In this document: positions 1 to 7,138 of the stretch, piece by piece
Position numbering within the stretch: position 1 is the first letter of the stretch
Layout: each line of letters opens with the position of its first letter
Origin: Phycisphaeraceae bacterium
Lineage (GTDB): Bacteria > Planctomycetota > Phycisphaerae > Phycisphaerales > UBA1924
DNA: 64,000 bases
Assembly: GCA_007693725.1 (NCBI GenBank)
Contig: REDD01000139.1
Location: 1,296-65,295, forward strand
Direction: 5' to 3'
Program-made: the position numbers and the translations under genes
Notes under the pieces: generated by a model
The model's database searches: none
Seen by the model: the letters and a program-made list of their open reading frames with translations, nothing else
What the model was told of the DNA's origin: nothing

Positions 1-1257
1 CAGCAGCCGGAACCGAGTCCCCCCGGACCCGTCCGGCGTCGTCGCGTTGTGCCACGACTCCAGCGAGGGGGTCGCCGAGCCGAGCACCACCGGGCAGGAT
101 TCCAATTGCGCACGCCGGAGCGCCACGCTCCGCGCGTGATACCGCGGCAGGGAATCCTGCTTGTACGAACCGTCGTGCTCCTCATCGACAACGATGATCC
201 CTAGCGGCGCACGCTCGGGGTCAAAGGGCGCAAAAACCGCCGACCGCGCCCCGACGACCAACCGCGCACGACCCGAGGCCACCCGCTCCCACTCCGCGTG
301 GCGCTGGCTCGCGGTCAGACCCGAGTGCAACACCGCGACCTGCTCACGCCCGAACCGCCCCGTGAACCGGCGGGCGGTCTGTGGAGTCAGCGAAATCTCC
401 GGAACGAGCACGATGCCGGACTGGCCTCTGGCGAGGACCGCCTCCAGCACCCGCAGATACACCTCCGTCTTCCCCGACCCGGTCACGCCGTAAAGAAGGA
501 ACGGCTCGAAGCGCCCCAGCGCACCCACGACGCTCGCTACGGCGTGGGCCTGCTCGCCCGTCAGCACCGGCGGCTCGACCGATTCGACCTGCGTTGCGAG
601 GTCCATTTCGGCATCGCCGTGGGTGCGGACGCTCTCGACGACGACCTCGCTCAGCAGCCCGAGCGCGATCAATCGACGCAATGGCGCGACCGATTTCAGC
701 CCGATCAACCCTGCAAATTCCCTGATCTCGATGGGAAATTTCTCCTCCCCCATCTGGGTGATCTGTTCCCACGCCTGGCGCGTCGCGGGCGGGAGCTTGT
801 CCGGCGGGGCCGCCCCCGTGCGCTGGAGGGCCTTGCCGATGCGCCGACCGGTCCGCTTCTTGACCGCTGCGGGGAGCATGGTCGAGACGACCATGCCGAT
901 GGGGCAGCAGTCGTACGCCGCCATCCAGCGAGCCAAGGAAATGAGCGTTGGGGGAAGGCGGTGCCCTGTCCGCTCCGCGATCGGCTTGATCCGGGCGGGG
1001 TCGAGGTCTGTTGTGGTGTTGATCTCGACGACGATGGCATCCGCGAGGTGGTTTCCCCGCCCGAGGGGGACGCGCACCCGCTCGCCGGGCAGCAATTCCG
1101 CGAGTGCCGTAGGGACTCGATAGGTCAGCCCCCGCGCGTGATCGACGGATCGCTCCGGCACCACGCGTGCATACCCGGCCCCCCCCTCAGTTGGGGGAGG
1201 GCTTCCGAAGAGGCCGTCATGAACCAGAGGTGGAGACTGGCGCTCCGGGGGGGGCAT
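1..1257 (-). CDS. priA: primosomal replication protein N' (PriA helicase), C-terminal part cut by window edge
   Basis: The minus-strand frame is open from ATG at 1257 to position 1, so it runs off the edge and is absent from the ORF track. My translation contains 'LYGVTGSGKTEVYL' (Walker A), 'IVLVPEISLTPQ' and 'IIVVDEEHDGSYKQ' (DEXH box), which are typical of PriA. Confidence 0.85.
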   Translation of the reverse strand, partial: MPPPERQSPPLVHDGLFGSPPPTEGGAGYARVVPERSVDHARGLTYRVPTALAELLPGERVRVPLGRGNHLADAIVVEINTTTDLDPARIKPIAERTGHRLPPTLISLARWMAAYDCCPIGMVVSTMLPAAVKKRTGRRIGKALQRTGAAPPDKLPPATRQAWEQITQMGEEKFPIEIREFAGLIGLKSVAPLRRLIALGLLSEVVVESVRTHGDAEMDLATQVESVEPPVLTGEQAHAVASVVGALGRFEPFLLYGVTGSGKTEVYLRVLEAVLARGQSGIVLVPEISLTPQTARRFTGRFGREQVAVLHSGLTASQRHAEWERVASGRARLVVGARSAVFAPFDPERAPLGIIVVDEEHDGSYKQDSLPRYHARSVALRRAQLESCPVVLGSATPSLESWHNATTPDGSGGTRFRLL

Positions 1258-1376
1258 GCTGTCACGATACTCCCGAGTCAGAAGATTTTGCCGAAGATGC
1301 GGAACCGATCAGTGGTTGCAGCACCAAAGGGGGGTGGGTAAGGTGCCCGCGCTGGGTGGATCTGGCGTGTGTCGAC

Positions 1377-1443
1377 GATTTGTGAGCATGGATCAATGGC
1401 GAATCCGACTCCATTTGCAATGCCTCTCTCCGCATCACAAATC
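1377..1443. promoter_or_regulatory. long-range inverted repeat in the priA/secretin divergent region
   Basis: GATTTGTGA (1377-1385) and TCACAAATC (1435-1443) are perfect 9-bp complements. A nested imperfect pair, CAATGG / CCATTTG, lies between them in a locally A/T-richer stretch. Confidence 0.25.
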
Positions 1444-1598
1444 ATTGTCTGTCATGAGTTTGCCGCTTTCGGGCGCATTTTCCGCGACGGCGACTCCGCA
1501 CGACTCGACGCCACCCCGCCCCCCTTGGCATCCCGAATCAATGACCGGACGAGTCGCGAGCATGCGCTCGCCCTCTGCCACTTGTGTGGAGACGACCA

Positions 1599-4500
1599 AT
1601 GAAGAAGCGCTTTTCACGGACGGCCCGCGCAGGAGCCGCGGCGATCATCCTCGGTATGGCCTCGACCGCATGGGCCGGGTCTGATCCGCTGACGCCCGGT
1701 GTGGCCTGGGACGCTTCGGCTCCGATCGCGGAGCGGCTCACCGCCGCGGGCGATCTCTTCGAGCAAGGCCGAGTCGTCGAAGCACGAGAGGTGCTCCTCC
1801 GGCTCCGCACGGCGGCGGGTGAGGCGGAGCGCACCGAGGTACTCCAACTGCTGGGCGCGGTGGAGACACGCATCCGCCACATGGGCCCGACGGAGATCGC
1901 GCTGCAACGGGCGCAGTTCGCCCTTGCACAGGGCGATCTCCGCGAGGCCGAACGGCTGGGGAATCAGGTCCGTCGTGCGGACGACGCGACCACCGAGCAA
2001 CGCGTTCTCGCCTCGAACCTTCTCGATGATGCAGCGCTGATGCGGACGGAGCTTGAGCCGATGATCGGCGCGACGCTCGAGCAGGCGGTGCGCGACTTCA
2101 TGCAGGGCAACTACGAGGATGCCAAGGCCGGCTTCGCGAGCGTCAGCCGCTCGGGCGTGCGCCTCAACCGGGAGCAGACGGCGACGCTCGAACGCTATCG
2201 CGACGCGCTGCTGACGCTCGAACAGGAGCAGGGCAGAGCATTCGACGCCGAGTATGTGCCGATGAGCGTGCTTCGTGCAGCCGAGGCGGCAGGCATCGCG
2301 GCCACCGCGCAGACCGCCCGGAACGGGAACAACGACAACAACGCGAATCAGAACGATGAACCGGCGGATGAGGATCTGTTCGAGGCCGCGCGTCGCGCCG
2401 ATGCTCAGCGGGAAATGATGGAAGCCAACGCCGCGTTCGAGCGTGGCGAGTATGCCACGGCCCGTCGTCTGTACCAGCGTGTGCTGGGCATTCACTCGAA
2501 CTACATCTCACAGGACGAGTTGGCCCGTGCGACGAGCCGCCTGAACGAGGCCACCGCCCGCCTCGGCGTCGCCAACGGCGACCTGATTGGCGACACGATC
2601 TCGGAACAGAACATCCGGCGCGACCAGATTCGAGCCGAGGTGACAAATCTTCTCAGCCAGTCGCGTCGCGCTCTGGATGGAGGACGCGTCGAGGAGGCAC
2701 GCCGGGCACTCGCCGAGGCCCAGCTCCGCTGGAACACGAATCAAGCGCTGTTCGCCGAAGACGAATTCCGCGCCACCGCAACACAGATCCGCGAGCGCCT
2801 GGATGAGGCCGCACGGATCCAGGAGCGCATGTCCGAGGAAGAACGCCGACGCGCAGGTGAAGACGCAAGACGCGATGCCGAGGAGCAACAGCTCCGCCTC
2901 ACGAGAGAACGCGAAGAGCGCATCTCGGAACTGCTTGATCAGCTCCGTGCTCTTCAGCGCGAGCAGCGGTACGAAGAAGCGCACCAGGTCGCACGCCAGG
3001 TGCTGTTCCTCGACCCGCAGAACCCCGCGGCACAACTGATGGATGAGGTGCTGCAGGACATGGTCTACTTCCGCGAGTGGGAATCCATCCAGCGTCAGAA
3101 GGGCGACTCGTACACGCGTGAGATGATGGAAATCCAGCGCGGCATGATCGTGCCGCAGGACGAGATCGCGTATCCACGCGACTGGCCCGCGATCGCGACG
3201 CGTCGCGGACAGATTCAGTCGTTCGTCGAGTCTCCGGTCGACCGCGAGGTGTACGCAAGACTCGACCGGCAGCGCATCCCCGCCGACTTTGCGGACGCGA
3301 CGCTCGAGAACATCCTGCAATTCGTCGCGGCGGTGACCAATCTAAACCTTGATGTCGACTGGGATTCCCTGTCTCAGATCGGCATCGAGCGGGATCGGCG
3401 TCTGTCGCTCCAGCTTCGCGAAGTACCCGCGAGCACGCTGCTGACCCGTGTGCTTCAGCGTGTCAGCATCGACGAGTTCTCTCGAGCGAGCTGGACCGTG
3501 CAGGACGGCATCATCCTCGTGGCATCCGATGCGGATCTTCGTCGCAACACCTTCATCGTGATCTACGATGTTCGCGACCTGCTCTTCGAGGTTCCGAACT
3601 ATCAGTTCGCTCCCGAACTCGACATCGATCAGGCGACCCAGCAGGGCGCCGGCGGCGGTGGTGGTGGTACCGGCGGCATCTTCGACCAGGACGATCAAGA
3701 TGAGGATTTCCGTCGGACAGAAGAAGAGATCCTGCGCGATCTGCTCGACATCATCCAGGAGAATGTCGACTTCGAGGGCTGGCGCGAGAACGGCGGCGAC
3801 ACCGGCATCGTCCAGCAGTTCGGCGGCAACCTGATCATCACGAACACCGCCGCGAATCACCGCGAGATCCAGCGGCTGCTGGACAAGCTCCGCGAGATCC
3901 GCTCGATTCAGATCACGATCGAAGCCCGCTTCCTTCAGGTGCAGACGGACTTCTTCGAGCAGATCGGCTTTGACTTCGACATCTATTTCAATCCCAACAG
4001 CAATCAAGTAGCATCCGTGCAGAACCAGATCGGCAACCCCTTCGGGTTCGGCAACCCTGCAAATGCCGGCAATATCTCACAAGGAGCCGGTTCGACCGGA
4101 CAGTTCCAAGTCTGGCAACCGGATCAGGACGGCGTGCCGCAGTTTGTGACCGTTCCGTACTTCGTGCCGACCCAAACCGGAAACTTCGGCACTGTCCCCG
4201 TCCAGCAGGGCTCACTCGGTCTGACCAACGAACTCATTTCCTCGGCATCCGGCCTTGCATCCACGATCATCAATCAGAATCCCGCACTCTCCATCGCGGG
4301 AACCTTCCTTGACGACATTCAGGTCGATTTCCTGATCGAAGCGACTCAGGCGGATCGGCGCAATGTCGTGCTCCAGGCCCCGCGGCTGACCTTCACCAAC
4401 GGCAAGTACGCCAACATCATCGTCAATCGTCAGACGACATACATTTCTGCACTCAACCCCGTGGTCGGGACCTCTGCGGTCGCCTTCAACCCGGTGCCCG

Positions 4501-4976
4501 ATGTTCTGAACACCGGTTTCAGTCTCGTCGTCGGCGGCGTGGTCTCGGCGGATCGCCGGTATGTGACACTGGATGTCCGTTTCTCGATCTCTGAGTTGAT
4601 TGATGTCCGTGCCGTGCCCTTCACCGCGGTCGCCGGCGGCACGGGCGGCACTCAGGGCACCAACGAGGCCACCGGCTTCGTCGAACTCCCCGAAACCTTC
4701 CTCACCCGCATCCAGACCGGCGTGACCATCCCCGATAAGGGCACCGCGCTCCTCGGCGGACAGCGGACCGCGACCGAGGTGGATGTCGAGACCGGTGTGC
4801 CGGTCCTGAGCAAGATCCCGCTGATCAACCGCTTCTTCACGAACACCGCGACGGCGAAGCAGGAGTCCAGCGTTCTGGTCCTGATCCGCCCGAAGATCCT
4901 GATCCAGTCCGAGATGGAGGAGGATGCATTCCCCGGACTCCAGGACGCCATCAGCGGTTCGCTCGGTCGCTTCTGA
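1599..4976 (+). CDS. secretin-family outer-membrane channel (GspD/PilQ-like) with a long TPR/coiled-coil N-terminal extension
   Basis: The ORF opens at GTG 1584. ATG 1599 is preceded by GGAGA and gives the signal peptide 'MKKRFSRTARAGAAAIILGMASTAWA'. The C-terminal third has secretin hallmarks ('IQITIEARFLQV', 'GVPVLSKIPLINRFF', 'SSVLVLIRPKILI'). The N-terminal ~500 aa are E/R/A-rich and TPR-like ('ERGEYATARRLYQRVLGI', 'EQRYEEAHQVARQVLFLDPQNP'). Confidence 0.85.
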   Translation: MKKRFSRTARAGAAAIILGMASTAWAGSDPLTPGVAWDASAPIAERLTAAGDLFEQGRVVEAREVLLRLRTAAGEAERTEVLQLLGAVETRIRHMGPTEIALQRAQFALAQGDLREAERLGNQVRRADDATTEQRVLASNLLDDAALMRTELEPMIGATLEQAVRDFMQGNYEDAKAGFASVSRSGVRLNREQTATLERYRDALLTLEQEQGRAFDAEYVPMSVLRAAEAAGIAATAQTARNGNNDNNANQNDEPADEDLFEAARRADAQREMMEANAAFERGEYATARRLYQRVLGIHSNYISQDELARATSRLNEATARLGVANGDLIGDTISEQNIRRDQIRAEVTNLLSQSRRALDGGRVEEARRALAEAQLRWNTNQALFAEDEFRATATQIRERLDEAARIQERMSEEERRRAGEDARRDAEEQQLRLTREREERISELLDQLRALQREQRYEEAHQVARQVLFLDPQNPAAQLMDEVLQDMVYFREWESIQRQKGDSYTREMMEIQRGMIVPQDEIAYPRDWPAIATRRGQIQSFVESPVDREVYARLDRQRIPADFADATLENILQFVAAVTNLNLDVDWDSLSQIGIERDRRLSLQLREVPASTLLTRVLQRVSIDEFSRASWTVQDGIILVASDADLRRNTFIVIYDVRDLLFEVPNYQFAPELDIDQATQQGAGGGGGGTGGIFDQDDQDEDFRRTEEEILRDLLDIIQENVDFEGWRENGGDTGIVQQFGGNLIITNTAANHREIQRLLDKLREIRSIQITIEARFLQVQTDFFEQIGFDFDIYFNPNSNQVASVQNQIGNPFGFGNPANAGNISQGAGSTGQFQVWQPDQDGVPQFVTVPYFVPTQTGNFGTVPVQQGSLGLTNELISSASGLASTIINQNPALSIAGTFLDDIQVDFLIEATQADRRNVVLQAPRLTFTNGKYANIIVNRQTTYISALNPVVGTSAVAFNPVPDVLNTGFSLVVGGVVSADRRYVTLDVRFSISELIDVRAVPFTAVAGGTGGTQGTNEATGFVELPETFLTRIQTGVTIPDKGTALLGGQRTATEVDVETGVPVLSKIPLINRFFTNTATAKQESSVLVLIRPKILIQSEMEEDAFPGLQDAISGSLGRF

Positions 4977-5005
4977 TCCCTTGGGATGACTGCTTCCGAC
5001 TCCTC

Positions 5006-5034
5006 ACGCCGCGTCCATCGCGGCGTTTTCTTTT
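5006..5034 (+). terminator. rho-independent terminator downstream of the secretin gene
   Basis: A perfect 8-bp stem, ACGCCGCG (5006-5013) pairing with CGCGGCGT (5019-5026), has a 5-nt loop. It is followed by the T-rich run TTTTCTTTT. Confidence 0.6.
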
Positions 5035-5057
5035 GAAACCCCCTATCATGCGAACGC

Positions 5058-5087
5058 TTGACACCCCGCGCCGGCCGCCGCTAGCGT
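5058..5087 (+). promoter_or_regulatory. candidate sigma70-type promoter for the STAS/kinase pair
   Basis: TTGACA at 5058-5063, an 18-bp spacer, then TAGCGT at 5082-5087. GGAGG (5097-5101) and ATG 5107 follow. Sequence pattern only; the promoter consensus in this lineage is not well known. Confidence 0.3.
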
Positions 5088-5106
5088 GCCCCTTATGGAG
5101 GCGAGA

Positions 5107-5466
5107 ATGACGAATCAGGATTCACGCCTGCGCGTACGGAAATCCGACGATGTCATCCAAGTCGAATTCGTCGATCGGAACATTCTGGACGAGGCGAACA
5201 TCCAGCAGATCGGCGAAGAGATCACGCAGTTGATCGACAGCGCTGCGCAGCCCAAGCTGCTCATCTCCTTTTCGCATGTCGACCATCTCTCCAGTGCCGC
5301 CCTCGGCACCTTGATCACCATCCACAACAGGATTCGCGAGAAGGGCGGCCAGCTCCGCCTTGCAGAGATCGATCCGCAGATCTATGAGGTCTTCGTGATC
5401 ACCAAGCTCAATAAACTGTTCGAGATCCACGATGATGTTGAACGGGCGATGAAGTCGTTCGCCTGA
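5107..5466 (+). CDS. STAS-domain anti-sigma-factor antagonist (SpoIIAA/RsbV-like)
   Basis: 'LLISFSHVDHLSSAALGTLITIHNRIREKGGQLRLAEIDPQIYEVFVITKLNKLFEI' matches the STAS fold pattern with the conserved phosphorylatable Ser in 'DHLSSAALG'. The ORF opens at GTG 5086. ATG 5107 has a GGAGG Shine-Dalgarno sequence 5 nt upstream. Confidence 0.85.
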   Translation: MTNQDSRLRVRKSDDVIQVEFVDRNILDEANIQQIGEEITQLIDSAAQPKLLISFSHVDHLSSAALGTLITIHNRIREKGGQLRLAEIDPQIYEVFVITKLNKLFEIHDDVERAMKSFA

Positions 5467-5507
5467 GGCGGAGCCCCGTTCCAGAGAACTTTCGCGGGCT
5501 CTTTGAA

Positions 5508-5942
5508 ATGCCGGAGAAGCAACCCAGCAAGCCACTGCATGAAAGCGTCACGCTCCGGAATGATCCGGACGAGATTCGTGATGCCGAGAACAAATTGCTC
5601 GGAGCCGTCGAGCGGATGGGCTACTCGTCGGCATCTGCCTTCGCCGTCCGCCTCGCCCTTGAAGAGGCCGTGGTCAACGGGTTCAAGCACGGCAATCGGA
5701 ATCGCCCCGGATCAACCGTGAAGCTCGATTGGTCCGTCGATGCGGATCGCATCCGCATCCTTGTTGAAGATCAGGGAGCGGGATTCGAGCCGGATCAGGT
5801 CCCCGATCCACGCGAACCCGAGAATCTCGAACGCCCGTCGGGAAGAGGGATCATGCTCATGCGGGCCTATATGACCCGTGTCGAGTACTCGAAGTCGGGC
5901 AATCGAGTCGAGATGATCTACGAGCGTCCCAGCTCCGATTAA
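5508..5942 (+). CDS. anti-sigma-factor serine kinase (RsbW/SpoIIAB-like, HATPase_c)
   Basis: N-box 'EEAVVNGFKHGN', G1 'VEDQGAGFEP' and G2 'PSGRGIMLMRAY' are present. It lies 41 bp downstream of the STAS gene. Confidence 0.8.
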   Translation: MPEKQPSKPLHESVTLRNDPDEIRDAENKLLGAVERMGYSSASAFAVRLALEEAVVNGFKHGNRNRPGSTVKLDWSVDADRIRILVEDQGAGFEPDQVPDPREPENLERPSGRGIMLMRAYMTRVEYSKSGNRVEMIYERPSSD

Positions 5943-7030
5943 TTCGTGTCGTCACCGTGGGGATTCCCGGGGTTCCGGGGATTCCGGGGGTTCTGGGGAT
6001 CGGCAGGATTTGTTCGCTCGTCGGGCGCGGGAGACGCCAGCCACTTGACGCTGTGGACCCCCTCGGCCGTGAGCAGCTCCGCCGATGGCCGCTCCGCAAG
6101 CTCCTCGAGCTCGTTCGGAAGAATCCGGTTGCAGGAGTACGGATCGACCTCCCCCCAGCCGCCCTCCGGCGCGCCGGACTGCACCGCCTCCGCCGCGAGC
6201 ACCTCGGCCTCATCCAGACAGTCCGCGGTCAGAATCACATGGGCGAAGCGATCACCGCTCCCGTCGACCGGGAGACACCGCACGAGGCATTCCCAGCCGG
6301 TGGTTCCGAGTTCCCGCCCGTCGTCGTCGAGGTTGGTGTCGCCCGCGATGTTCAGTTGCAGCAACCAGAGCGAGCGAAGCCGATCGAGAATGTCCTGCCC
6401 GTTGAGCAACCTGGGGTCGTCGGGGGGTGATCGCAGCACCGTGCGGTGCTCGTGCTCCACGGAATCGATCGACTGGAGTTGCTCCTGTATCGTCAACTCG
6501 AATGCCGTCAGAAGCCGCTCGACCTTCTCCTTGAGGTCCAACTGCACGCGCAGCGTCACGAGCTTGTGCTCATCGACGAAGAGGTAGACGAAGGGTTCGA
6601 TGCTCAGGGCGCCGAAGCCGCACAAACCATCCTCGAAGAGCCACGGCCCGAAATCCCGGATGCCCTCGACGAACTTGTCCAAGCCGACCAGGTCGTATGC
6701 GATGTAGGGGTCGATCTCGCGATAGGCATCGTTCCCGAGCACATCGAGGATCGGGTAGACCCTTGCGGGGAAGAGCGTCAGCGCCAGCCGCACCAACGCC
6801 GGCACGCGGGGTCCGGGGAGCAGAACATCGAACATGAACCGATCAGGCCACTCCTCCCAATCCGCGGTCTCGGGCCCGGTCAGGAACGGCTCGGAACCGT
6901 CCGCCGGCTCAAACTCTTGGAGGTAGCCCGACTTCGGTGTCAACGGGGCCAATGGCCTGAGCCCGAGGGGGAACGCAAACCCCCCCTCCTCAATGCGTTC
7001 GATGTCGGGATCCATTTCCAATCGAGGCAT
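5939..7030 (-). CDS. hypothetical protein with a C-terminal NP(x)NP repeat tail
   Basis: 363-aa ORF with G/C-ending codon usage like its neighbours and no motif I recognise. Its stop overlaps the stop of the convergent kinase gene by 4 bp. Confidence 0.7.
   Translation of the reverse strand: MPRLEMDPDIERIEEGGFAFPLGLRPLAPLTPKSGYLQEFEPADGSEPFLTGPETADWEEWPDRFMFDVLLPGPRVPALVRLALTLFPARVYPILDVLGNDAYREIDPYIAYDLVGLDKFVEGIRDFGPWLFEDGLCGFGALSIEPFVYLFVDEHKLVTLRVQLDLKEKVERLLTAFELTIQEQLQSIDSVEHEHRTVLRSPPDDPRLLNGQDILDRLRSLWLLQLNIAGDTNLDDDGRELGTTGWECLVRCLPVDGSGDRFAHVILTADCLDEAEVLAAEAVQSGAPEGGWGEVDPYSCNRILPNELEELAERPSAELLTAEGVHSVKWLASPAPDERTNPADPQNPRNPRNPGNPHGDDTN
5959..6003. repeat. five imperfect copies of a 9-bp tandem unit (GGGGATTCC-like)
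   Basis: GGGGATTCC CGGGGTTCC GGGGATTCC GGGGGTTCT GGGGATCGG. On the minus strand this encodes 'DPQNPRNPRNPGNPHG' at the C-terminus of the 5939..7030 protein. Confidence 0.8.
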
Positions 7031-7099
7031 GTGCCGCTTCGCTCCGCTCGTTGCGGTTCTCCGGTCAAACCGGCATGATAGGTTGATCCGCTCGATTCC

Positions 7100-7115
7100 G
7101 AGAAGGCCCCTTCTC
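7100..7115. promoter_or_regulatory. short palindrome upstream of the symporter gene (possible operator)
   Basis: GAGAAGG-CC-CCTTCTC, a 7-bp perfect inverted repeat, lies 24 bp upstream of ATG 7139 in the 108-bp divergent intergenic region. Confidence 0.2.
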
Positions 7116-7138
7116 CGAGCGTCTGCGGATCGCTGTCC

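Noticed and set aside
1247-1254. G/C homopolymers inside or at the edge of coding sequence: a G8 (C8 on the coding strand) immediately after the priA ATG, C8 at 1179-1186 in priA, and C8 at 28123-28130 in the UbiD-family gene.
   Set aside because: They encode ordinary Pro/Gly runs in essential-type genes. Runs of 7-8 G/C are expected at this base composition, and there is no evidence of frameshifted alternative frames. Only the intergenic G9 at 35253-35261 was kept as a finding.
298-1341. A 347-aa plus-strand ORF, and other short ORFs, over the first 1.3 kb.
   Set aside because: The minus strand here encodes PriA with Walker A and DEXH motifs, and the plus-strand translations are low complexity.
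5959-6003. Whether the short tandem repeats here and at 35133-35228 could be CRISPR arrays.
   Set aside because: The units are 9 bp and ~27-38 bp without unique spacers. One set lies inside a coding region, and there are no cas genes. These are not CRISPR arrays.
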